Below, piece by piece: positions 1-13,721 of a DNA stretch of 64,000 nucleotides (its first letter is position 1; each line of letters begins with the position of its first letter). The notes beneath the pieces are model-generated. The model searched no databases and was not told the DNA's origin. It was given only the letters and a program-made list of their open reading frames with translations. The translations under genes were made by a program, and so were the position numbers. The DNA is from Adineta vaga (taxonomy: Eukaryota; Animalia; Rotifera), in the NCBI GenBank assembly GCA_021613535.1, contig CP075495.1, positions 9,548,001-9,612,000 of the forward strand. The letters are read 5' to 3'.

Positions 1-97
1 GAAATAGGAGTGCCTAAAGTAATCAAACAAGAAACTAGTACTTGTCTATTTTTAGTAGAATTCGTTATGCTATTCTGTTTTCTTTTCTATTTCAAAG

Positions 98-789
98 GTA
101 TATTCAATTATAATATTCGACCAAATTCAATGAAATCAATCGATACACTACTCGGTGAATGTTATCGAGCGTTAGGTCCAAGTCATCAATTTAATTATGC
201 TATACTTCGATTGATATTAAATAATGATGCAAAATATCCAGTTTATCAACATTTACTATCATTAGAAAATCGCTTACATATTCAACTAGCGAATGATCTT
301 CAAATTCGTCATATACGTCTCTCATCTTTTGTTATTGATATTACACGTGATACAATGGATCAACAAGACAAAGATGTATATGTTACATTTACCCTTCTTG
401 ATAATCCACCGGTATCAAAAGAATTATTGAAAGAACCCTCATCATTAGAATTAATACGAAGATTAGCTCAACAAATCAATGCTGGAAAATTTCATGTACG
501 AGATAATGATGGAGGTTATGATTTACAAGCTCGACCCAATAGTCTTCAAACATTAGCACTTTATTTATTGCCATCAGAAAATCATACAAATTATTTCAAT
601 GAAACAACATTCGTTTATCATAATATAACGAAAACAGTTTATAGACAACGCCAGAAAATAGTTCATAGACGTACGGGTCCTTTGATCGCTGCTTTATGGA
701 TGGGTTTTGCATTATTAGGAATGATTGTTACATTAGCTATAAGTTCGTTTATTGCAATAAGAAAATGGACACCAACGATAAATAATTAA
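98..789 (+). CDS. 3' exon of an uncharacterised single-pass membrane protein (gene starts upstream of window)
   Basis: Pyrimidine tract plus ttcaaag acceptor near 97, long open frame, N-glycosylation sequons (NHT, NET, NIT), C-terminal hydrophobic helix LIAALWMGFALLGMIVTLAISSFIAI, stop at 789. Confidence 0.7.
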
Positions 790-1041
790 AGAAAATCAAT
801 GATGCATTACTAATCCAGGAATGACATTTTCAGTCGTTTTCTTTTTTCTTTTTTGATGTGTACCAATTTATTTTGTAGATGTAAAAATTCATGAGATCAT
901 GTCAAGTTGAATAATTTTCGAAATCATTTTTATATGAAGAAACTTCGTAATGCGTATAATGAAAACCAAGAATTTCACTTCAAACAATTATATTTTTCAG
1001 CTTCAGACATATATCTACGTGAATATCACCAGTGCGTGTGG

Positions 1042-2019
1042 CTAGTGTTGTTCGATTATCTTCAATGAATGATCTACTACCATAGGTCTAATACGTCTTT
1101 GTTCACGTAGTAATTTACTTTTTAACATTTCCCAATTTTTCTTCCAAGCATGAAAAAAACGTACATCTAATCCCGCAATAATCATCGGATCAAGTACAAT
1201 TTCAACAAAGTTTAATAGTTGACATATTGATACTATTTTTCCATTCTTATTCTGCAATTGATAGACAATGATATTCGGGGACCAAAGTAACATCCATATC
1301 GTATAAAATACAAGAAATTGAATGACTAATGAGCGATGATATTTCTCACGAGCAGATACATGATGTCGTCCTTGACGTAAATGTGATACTAAATGAATAT
1401 GACGAACACTTGCATAGATGACAATAACATTGCAACTAAGAGGGAAAACAAAAGCAATCAGAACATTGAACACCTGTACATAAATATGCGTATAACGTAA
1501 GTCACAAATTTCACCTCCATGTGCATCTAGTTTTGCCCAACCAACTGAAATTTGAATGATCAACAGAATCAGTGGAATGAAATATATACCAAAATGAGCT
1601 GCAACTAATAATCGTACATGAGTGACACAGACATTTCTATTTCGTGCAATTTGTGCATATCGACAGATATTAAGTGCAAGTAAAATATACACTCCGAGAA
1701 TATTCAGATAATTGTCGAATATTGCTTCAAAATAAGAAATAAATAAATACCATGATTGATTGGGTTGACAATCCGTCGATGTTGTGTGTACAATAAAGAG
1801 AAAGAAAAATCGCACGAGAAGAAAAATGTCTGTAATAAGATAGGCATAGATCCATTGCATTGTTTTTTGTCGAAGTGCTGAACAACAAATAATTTGTAGC
1901 CAAAACATGGCATGAGTGAAAGAAGCAATGATGCAAACATAAAGTATTGGTCGTTGACTATCGATTGTAGATTGACCCCAAGAAAGAGGTGATCGACATT
2001 TAGTGTTTGTAACATTCAT
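1042..2019 (-). CDS. Intronless rhodopsin-like 7TM GPCR, lineage-specific family, copy 1
   Basis: 325 aa, 7 hydrophobic segments, LNICRY at the DRY position, LLWSP in TM6, LDPMI in TM7. Confidence 0.85.
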   Translation of the reverse strand: MNVTNTKCRSPLSWGQSTIDSQRPILYVCIIASFTHAMFWLQIICCSALRQKTMQWIYAYLITDIFLLVRFFFLFIVHTTSTDCQPNQSWYLFISYFEAIFDNYLNILGVYILLALNICRYAQIARNRNVCVTHVRLLVAAHFGIYFIPLILLIIQISVGWAKLDAHGGEICDLRYTHIYVQVFNVLIAFVFPLSCNVIVIYASVRHIHLVSHLRQGRHHVSAREKYHRSLVIQFLVFYTIWMLLWSPNIIVYQLQNKNGKIVSICQLLNFVEIVLDPMIIAGLDVRFFHAWKKNWEMLKSKLLREQRRIRPMVVDHSLKIIEQH

Positions 2020-4789
2020 TTTTATTTTAAATTATGTTTCTTGGGCGGACGATTGCAAAAGTTTGGCTTTCTCTATGCATGACAGAATGATCTGGAAAAG
2101 TAAAGTAGCCGATTTCAAAAGTCTTTCTAAAAAATTGAAATTGCTCTGCTTATCTCACAAATCTGATGTCAATCTGCTATATTGAATGACATGTGAGCTG
2201 CTTCTTTTTTTCTAATAAATACATTTAGATGATTACTGTGTATTCAATCTAGATTTATCAAGAAATGTGCATGTCAATACTGAAATAACATACTGCTCTA
2301 ATAAATCTTTGTTATAAATTAGTTTCTTTAGGCAAATAGTCTTCTTTCATAGATTAAAATACGAATTTTATTTTTTGTTAATGTTCTACGTGCAATACTG
2401 TCATAGAAACAAAAGTCGAGAAATTTTCATACCCATCCTCTACAAGCAGATTTTCACCTTAGACAAGACTATAGTGTGCATAGACCGGCATAATATATAA
2501 ACAATATGTGCACCAAATTCTAATCCCAAAGGTTTTTTGGCTAAAAAGCTTTTTCAAACTATTTCTTAATTATAGTAGAAAAAAGCTCATATATCTGTTT
2601 CTTCGTCGGTTTTTTGTAGGAAAAAAACAAAGTTATTAATGAAAAGGTTATCAGCACGGGCTGTTTGGAGCTAATGCCGCGGACGTATTAGAATACCTAG
2701 GTGATGGCTTCCGTCTTATCATTTACAAATTATAAGGACTATCACATCCATAAAAAAATCACATTTTTGTAGAATCATATGAATAGATTCTCTGGATGTC
2801 TTTTTTTTACGTATTATTTTAGCATTCAATGTTTATTTCATTTATTCTGCATTATAAAATAATCGACTTCATAATCTAGTTATAAAAGAACATTTTGAAG
2901 GGAAAAAAATACAAAGCGCTAACTCCCACATGAAACACTTACTTTATATCTCTTTCTAACATTATTTTTCCACAGAAAAAAGTCTCATTTGTAAAGATGA
3001 CATGATCTCCTTCAGATTAAGAGACAAAAATAAAGTTTTATAAACATCCACATATTTCTTAATGTCAACTATTTTTGTTGAAGTTGAATAAAATCATGAA
3101 ACATGATTTTTATCATTAACTTCAAATATCAGACTAAATTGAACTACTATTTGTACCAGATTATTGATAAGTATAATCATCACTGGTATTTGATGGTGAT
3201 AAATGAGAATTTTGTGAATAGATCATTATCCAAGATTGAGATTTATGTACATTCAACTTCGAAAAAAATATAGAAATAACTTTCAAGAAAAACAAAAAGA
3301 ATCAAGCTTAATCGTAATGCGCATTACTGTTTCTACATCTCGCACATATACGTCCATTGATCACATCTGTTGTTATTCAAGAGCAAACTATTTTCAAAAC
3401 GTAAGAAGGAGTCTTCTAATATATATTCATGGTTTTATTTCTCTTCAAAAAACATAGAAGTTCACATAAAAAATGTTTGAGACTGTAATCTAAATCATAG
3501 ATATGGCATTATTTTCGATGATAAGAACAAAGATTTTGACTTCGCAATATACGAAGAAAAGATGTTATCGAAACTGCACTGTAACTTTCTATGAGCAGAG
3601 ACAACGTTTATCTATACATTTTCACGAGAGAAACTAGTATCACACGAAGCATCGTTGATGGCAGAAGTTATAGAGAAATAACATATTCTTGAACAGGTGA
3701 ATGTTTTAATGCATTACGTTTTCTACAGGAAAGAAGGATGTACGATAAGTTCTTTTCCTCATGTGATAAATACACTTCCTCATTAGAAAGTATTGAATCG
3801 ATAAAATTAATATATGTTTAAACATTGTCTTTGCGTAAAATATTTTCAGTAACCTATTATGGAAATACATTTGAAAAAGAAAGAATCAACTAAATACAAA
3901 AAATGTTCAATTATGTTGTATATATACGAGATATTCTTTGCATCTTTTCGTATTTCAAACTGTTGCACAGATAGTCACACATAGCAAAAGTATAGAAATA
4001 TACTTTTATATCCAAGAAAGAATGAAAACCCCATTAAAGTAATAGCTTACTTTTAAAAAGAACTCTGCATGACCTACTAAAACTCGCCAATAATTAAATT
4101 AAGATTCAATGAATATAAACAAAATGTTTTTTTTGTTTAAACACAATCTTTTTACTTAAAGTACATTTTATCAAAAAAACATCAGAAAGGTCAAATTGAA
4201 ATCAAAGAAATAAAATATCAATAAAATGGTAAAATTTACAAGTAACTTATATTATCTGCAGATAATTAATAATGTTCCTCAAGAAACAAAACTATTCTTG
4301 ATAAATAGATATTGTACTTACGTAGTCCTTTTGAGATTTACTCGATAACTTTTGTTATCACATGCAATTGTTCTATTGAGATTAAGAGAAGCTTCGATGA
4401 TTTAACTTTCGATACATATGTGAGATTGACGAGGATTCACAATTGAATCTGCTAGAGAAATTGCATCCGAATGGCAGTTATTTTCATAACGTTGCAAAAT
4501 ATTAGGTACATTCTTCCTTTTATACATTCTTGACGTAGAAATTATGAGACTCTAAGTTTAGCTTGTTTGTTTCGTGTACTTTTATCTGAGGAACTCGTCC
4601 GTCTTCTTTGTTGACATGCACGATGACAGGATGTTGAGCAAAACAAAGAAATAGGCACTATCAAAGAACTTTTTCATGGCAATTGTCTATTCTGCATAAC
4701 TTTTCGTGAACTCACACTTTATTCCAGTACTGAAGATCATACCGATAATATAATCAAGAAAATCTACGATATTTTTATTGTTGTTTTTA

Positions 4790-5812
4790 TTATAAAATAG
4801 ATACTTGTTGATGACGAGTTGTTCGTACAATAATTTTAGCTACGAACGGTTCTATTTGCCTATGATTACGATTCGATTTTAAACGATATTTTCTCTTCAT
4901 AAATTTCCATACATTATTCCAAGCATATTGAAAACGAGCATCTAATGCTGCAATAATTATCGGATCAAGTACAATTTCAATAAAGTTTAATAGTTGACAT
5001 ATTGATATTATTTTTCCATTCTTATTCTGCAATTGATAGACAATGATATTCGGGGACCAAAGTAACATCCATATCGTATAAAATACAAGAAATTGAATGA
5101 CTAATGAGCGATGATATTTCTCACGAGCAGATACATGATGTCGTCCTTGACGTAAATGTGATACTAAATGAATATGACGAACACTTGCATAGATGACAAT
5201 AACATTGCAACTAAGAGGGAAAACAAAAGCAATCAGAACATTGAACACCTGTACATAAATATGCGTATAACGTAAGTCACAAATTTCACCTCCATGTGCA
5301 TCTAGTTTTGCCCAACCAACTGAAATTTGAATGATCAACAGAATCAGTGGAATGAAATATATACCAAAATGAGCTGCAACTAATAATCGTACATGAGTGA
5401 CATAGACATTTCTATTTCGTGCAATTTGTGCATATCGACAGATATTAAGTGCGAGTAAAATATACACTCCGAGAATATTCAGATAATTGTCGAATATTGC
5501 TTCGAAATAAGAAATAAATAAATACCATGATTCATTCGGTTGACAATCCGTCGATGTTGTGTGTACAATAAAGAGAAAGAAAAATCGCATGAGAAGTAAA
5601 ATATCTGTAATAAGATAGGCATAGATCCATTGCATTGTTTTTTGTCGAAGTGCTGAACAACAAATAATTTGTAGCCAAAACATGGCATGAGTGAAAGAAG
5701 CCATGATGCATACATAAAGTATTGGTCGTTGACTATCGATTGTAGATTCATTCCATAGAAGAGCAAATGAGCATGTGTTAGCAGTACTGTTTAATTGAAG
5801 TAATGTTTCCAT
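4790..5812 (-). CDS. Intronless 7TM GPCR, copy 2 (core nearly identical to copy 1)
   Basis: 340 aa, same motifs as copy 1; core DNA almost identical to 1183-1972. Confidence 0.85.
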   Translation of the reverse strand: METLLQLNSTANTCSFALLWNESTIDSQRPILYVCIMASFTHAMFWLQIICCSALRQKTMQWIYAYLITDILLLMRFFFLFIVHTTSTDCQPNESWYLFISYFEAIFDNYLNILGVYILLALNICRYAQIARNRNVYVTHVRLLVAAHFGIYFIPLILLIIQISVGWAKLDAHGGEICDLRYTHIYVQVFNVLIAFVFPLSCNVIVIYASVRHIHLVSHLRQGRHHVSAREKYHRSLVIQFLVFYTIWMLLWSPNIIVYQLQNKNGKIISICQLLNFIEIVLDPIIIAALDARFQYAWNNVWKFMKRKYRLKSNRNHRQIEPFVAKIIVRTTRHQQVSIL

Positions 5813-7863
5813 GAGATGTAAATATTTCTAAGAAACTAGCTTATACAATTGAAGAAAAAAAACAGCGTATTTTATTATATTAAAAGGGTAATTTTATGAA
5901 AAATTAATATCATCCGAAAATTCAAGATAATATATCTATGTAGGCTAGACTTAAACGACAGTTCTATCTGTGAATGTTAGTGAGATATATGGCATATTTG
6001 CTTAGGTAAGAAATTGTATCATCGTCAGGATGTTCGTGTGTTGAGTGGATTTAGTCGATTGACGTTATTACTTCAGAATAATTTTTTCATACATTAGAGA
6101 AAGATTATAGGTTAAACTGTCATTTTCTCATCTAATTTAACTCACCTTCTATAAGAATTAACGTACACAACATAAAGCTAACAAATGACTGTCTGAAGTT
6201 TCTTATTAGTTTTTGTTTTTCTCGATTTTATTTATAAATCAATACTTGAATACTAACAGTCTCGGACCAAAGTTTAGCATTAGAATGATGAACAGAATTA
6301 ATGATCAAATATAAAAAGAAATCCGGATGCCAGAATAATAATTCGTGATGAAAAGAAAACTTGGTGGCGTCCAATTATATCTTACTTTGCTGGCAGATGT
6401 TTGTCTGCAGTTTGATGAAGAAAAAAAGCTTATGTGAAATCGGTGAACTTATGAAAATCATTGATAGTTTAACATCGTCGTTGTGGACACAGCAACTGCT
6501 TTTGAATCAACTAGAGACTGTCAGAAATCCGTACGATTTCAATCCATTAACGAATAATGATAGACAGATTATAATGCATGTAGCGACTGGCTTTTGACCA
6601 TTTCCAGAAAAAGATCACGGCACAAAGCAAGATAATTGTTAATCATCTATACAAAAAGTATATCAGTCAGTATGATGTCCTTTTGAAGGTGCGCGTGATT
6701 TTGCATATTTGATGACTATTGTTATTCGCATAACTATCCTATAATTTAGATATTTAAAAGATTATTATCCGCTGACGTTCGAATGATTACTGTGTCATTC
6801 GTCTGAGGGTTATTGTAACTGACTGAATTTAGAAAGCACTGAGCAGATTATTGCTGCTAATGTGAAATAAATTGAGAGTTAATAATTCATTATCGTGTTT
6901 TCAATCATGTTCCTATCCATCAATTAGTTATTATAAAAAAACTCATAGAGAGTAATTACAATGTTTTTTTGACACACGCATTCAATAAAAATGTCTTCAA
7001 CTGATGAAAATCTACATCGAGGAAAAATATGATCATAATCATAAGTAGATGTCATTTTAATGAGGTCATTGTCAGTTCAATTTTTCAATGAAATAAAACT
7101 TAATGCGGAATGAAATCTTTAGCATTGATATGTATGAAACCCTGCTCGAGTCTCTTCGTGTCTTTATATTATTATTATTTCTCTTTCTCGAGGAACCATT
7201 CTAGTTCCATAGTTTTTTTATGCGATAATATAGAGAATGGAGCTTTACTCTACTTTCGAATAAAGTTTGTCGAGGCAGACATGTCAAATCCTCAACATCA
7301 TACTCAATTTGTCCGAAATAAAACGCAGATTCATCGGTAAATTATGGCAGATCAATTTTACATTGTAGAGATAATTGAAACGAAGGTAAGTGAGAGAAAG
7401 ACAGCTGCTTGCGACGACCGGTCACTGCTCTATTTTTCAGAACATCAATAACTTTGACACATCGTCAAATTCATACCATTTTCCCTCAATGATTACTGAA
7501 GAGATTCGTTTTGTATTTCTGAATGGTCTAAGCAACAGTGGATCTAATGAATATAACACATCGAAATTATTAATTTTTTTGAAAATTGCTATCTTCAATG
7601 GTAATATTGAACTCTTGTCTTCTAATTGAAATTGAAATGTGGAAAATCAGAATTAGAGAGTATCTATTTCGTCTATCATATTCATACTTGAGAATTTTTT
7701 AATATTGATTTATATTTAAAAATATTCTCATTTGAGAACTATGACTCTTCTCTCTCTCTTTCTCTCAGTCCATACTTGTACTTAACGTATGCCATATATC
7801 TGTATTTTAAATTCAATTATATTTTCTAGAAACTAGATTTGACAAGCAAAGGGAAAGCATTAC

Positions 7864-8985
7864 TCAAGCTATGGGAATAGGCAATACAGCTAGTCTGTTG
7901 TTCTCTGTTGTATGAGTATGAATTTGAATTGGAAATTGATGATCTGATCGTCTTGTGTTACTTGGTGTAGTGCTTCTTCCATATCCAGTCCATCGATTTT
8001 GAGTAGTTATTCCAGGTACAACTCTTCGTTGACTTGGATCTTTACAAAGTGTAATAGCTCTGATATATACCCATAGTTTCCGCCAAACATGTTGAAAACG
8101 AACATCTAATGCTGCAATAATGATTGGATCAAGGGCAATTTCAATATAATTTAATAATGAAGTTAGCAGGGTGATCTTAGATGTACCACTTGTAAATTGA
8201 TATGTAATAACATTTGGTGACCAAAGTAAAATCCATATTGTATAAAATACAAGAAATTGAATAACTAATGAACGATGATATTTTTCACGAGCTGTTACAT
8301 GATGTTGTGTTTGATTCAATCCAGAAGTTAAATGAACATGATGCATATTACGGTAGATAATGCATATATTCAGAAGAATTGGTAAAACAAATCCAACAAT
8401 AACATTGACTATTTGAGCATATATATTTGTGAATTCGATATCACATGATGCACCACGATGTTCTCGTAAAACAGCCCAATTAATTGACAATTGTATAATA
8501 AAAGTAAGCAATGGTATAATATAAATAACTATATGAGCACAAACTAATAATCGTACATGATGAATGTATACACTACGATTATGGACAATTTGTATATAAC
8601 GACAGACATTCAATGCAAATAAAATATAAACTTCAAGTATGTTCAAATAATTGTCTAACGTAGCTTCCAAATAACAAACGAATAAATACCATACTCTATT
8701 AGGCATGCATTCCGTTGATGATGTATGAACAATGAATAGAAAGAAAAATTGTAAAAGTAGAAGAATATTTGTTACAAGATAAGCATAAATCCATTGCATA
8801 GATTTTTGACGGACAGATGGACAAAAAATAAATTGTGACCAAAAAATCGTGTGAATTATAGTTGCGATAATACAAACATATAAAGATGATCGTTGATTAT
8901 CAATGATAGTTTGTGTCCATTGAAGATTCATTGGACAAGTATCATTTGTATTATCGAATTCGGATAGGAATGTTAGATTAGCCAT
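7864..8985 (-). CDS. Intronless 7TM GPCR, copy 3 (more divergent paralog)
   Basis: 373 aa; shares AREKYHRSLVIQFLVFYTIW, LNVCRY and LDPIII with copies 1 and 2. Confidence 0.85.
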   Translation of the reverse strand: MANLTFLSEFDNTNDTCPMNLQWTQTIIDNQRSSLYVCIIATIIHTIFWSQFIFCPSVRQKSMQWIYAYLVTNILLLLQFFFLFIVHTSSTECMPNRVWYLFVCYLEATLDNYLNILEVYILFALNVCRYIQIVHNRSVYIHHVRLLVCAHIVIYIIPLLTFIIQLSINWAVLREHRGASCDIEFTNIYAQIVNVIVGFVLPILLNICIIYRNMHHVHLTSGLNQTQHHVTAREKYHRSLVIQFLVFYTIWILLWSPNVITYQFTSGTSKITLLTSLLNYIEIALDPIIIAALDVRFQHVWRKLWVYIRAITLCKDPSQRRVVPGITTQNRWTGYGRSTTPSNTRRSDHQFPIQIHTHTTENNRLAVLPIPIA

Positions 8986-9985
8986 TTGTTCAACAAATCA
9001 AATTTTTACATCGTATACATATATATATATATAAAGGGATAAGTCATTAAGATGATTATTCATAAATATCTGTATGATTGGTATAATTATTTGAAGAGAC
9101 GAAAAATCTAATTTGATTCTAAGTTTCATACATTAAGTGATTAAATACGTCAAAGAAAATCATTATAATTACATGATTAAAATCTATAGATGTTCAATCT
9201 ATTGTTTATATCGAACAAGAAGATTTTCGAATCTATTTACTACTTTGAAAACTATATTGATACAATATTTGTTGAAATTTGAAATAAAACTTTTAAATTT
9301 AGTCGATACAATGCAAATAATTCTCTGTAGATGGAAATTCATTTTTATCTGGTGACTTATTACATGTCTAAACAATTTAAGAGTGATGTAAGTATTCTCT
9401 TTAATATTGTGTTTACGTGTGTAGGAAATAGGAAGAAAATTGACTAACTCATTTGAAAATTATTTTCATTTTGTAATGTCATCGTTGAAGTAGTTTGACC
9501 TTGTTAATGATCTTATATTATCTTGTGATAATCATTTTGTTATTGGATATAGATTTTAAAAATACTACTCTGATTGTGTATTTCTTCACTTCATTGATGA
9601 AATGAAATACTTGCTGTGATTATATATATCGATTTTCGTTTGATAGATAAAACTTGTGGGAATTCTTCCTTGATCTTTGAGAGCATCTAGCGGCATCTTA
9701 TTATGATGAAACGAACAGAGGATAGAATTATTAATGACGCCATGTATGGTAAAAACAGCTGGAAGACGAAGAATATTATTATATGAAAAATAGTATGAAT
9801 ATATTCTAAAATCTATAACTGTATCTCTTATGGGAATAATTATTTTTGTGTACAGAATATTTTAAAAATGAAAGAAAATTTCTTACAGTGAATTTACTCC
9901 TCTTTGTCTATCTATATGTGTATACATTGATAGCATTTGAAGAGCTAGAGCTGAAATGATTATTTTTTTTCATTGATGATTTCAG

Positions 9986-12126
<2,141 letters not shown>

Positions 12127-13721
12127 TCATATCGATAGAACATTGAAAATCTAAAGATTTTATTTTAGTTTTTTTATATATAATTCTAGTTTATTTTCTT
12201 CATTTGTCGTATGTCGCATTTCTCTGTTTTGCATACATTTACCTACTTTCTAATAAACTAAACCATGCGTGTCTATTCAAATAATAATTTCAGTGGAAAT
12301 TTTGTATCTACACAGATACTTCCGACTTTCATAGTAACTTATTCACTGACTAATGCAGAATATTTCTTCGTTTATAAACAACATTCATTTTCACGTCCCC
12401 TTCACGATCTGTTCAAGCATTAATAGTTCATAGGATATCTGCTTTTTTTTCTATTTCTCGAGGCAAATGAACGTCAATGCCATATGTTCGAGTAGGTTCG
12501 ATCGTTTCCTTTTTTAAATTCATTACTTAACATTGTCGTAAAGGAATGTCAGTTGATAAAAAAACTTGATAAATCAAAGTCAAATACAGATTTTATATAT
12601 ACTAAATTTATTCAGCAGAATGATGTAAGTTTAATAACTTTCATTTTTTCTAATATTCTCTTGAAAATGAACCTTGATGACAAACTTTTTCCACAGATTA
12701 TATTCATTTTGTTATAGACTCTTTGTGTAACGTAAGAACAAAATATATTTGATTGTGATGAATACTCAGAAGACACCTAGTCATCTGACAAGTTCACTTG
12801 GTATTTTCATTGATCAAAAGTATAAAAAAGACGACAACTTGCTTATTAACAATTTAATTTCATCTCAAGTACTTGTTTCCTTGTTCTCAACGAATATCTA
12901 GAAAAGGACTCGATCGAATCATTTGACTCTTTTCGTAGATAAGAACACTTTTATAAAACAAATAAGGACCGAAGATATCTTTTAACCAAGAAGAAACAGA
13001 AGAGAAATCTTCTTTCAGACTATTCTATACTTGTCATTTGCGTCCGATCTGATAAAAGTACGCTATGTAAATATTCGACTTTACTAGAAATTATTTGCAA
13101 ATGTTTCTTCTCCTCCTCCTTCTTCTTTTTTTTGAATTCGATGGAAAAAAAACAATAGTTACATATCTTATTTCTAATTAAAACCAGTCAGATAGACAGA
13201 CACGACATTTGTTGTTATTCCTTTTCCTGCAATAGCAAAGCAAAACATTCAATGAGAATCGAGTTAATCTATTTGTATTATTCGTTTCAATTTCATTCCG
13301 AGTAAATTTTTGTTGTTCCTTCCTTACTCTGATTGAACTTTTTTCTTCTTACAGTTATTTATCGCATAAAAAAATACCCGACGTGCGCGTTTACTGATGA
13401 CTTCGTTTGTTGATCGACAGACGCGAGACACAATGCGTATATATATATATATATATACACACCTTCTCTCCTGTGTTTCTTATTATAGTTGTTCTTCCAA
13501 AATTGTTATGTGAAAGAGTAAACGGGAACGAGGCAGAAGTAACTATCATATTGAAAGACAAACTACCAGGTATAAAACAAGAATCAGACGCTGATAAGCA
13601 TTCATAACCTTCATTACTCTAAGAAAACAGACAAACACGTTTTTTCTTCTCATCATTTATTATTAAATAAAACAATAGTACCTTTTCTCTTAATGTTGGT
13701 ATTTAATTATTAAGTACAGGG

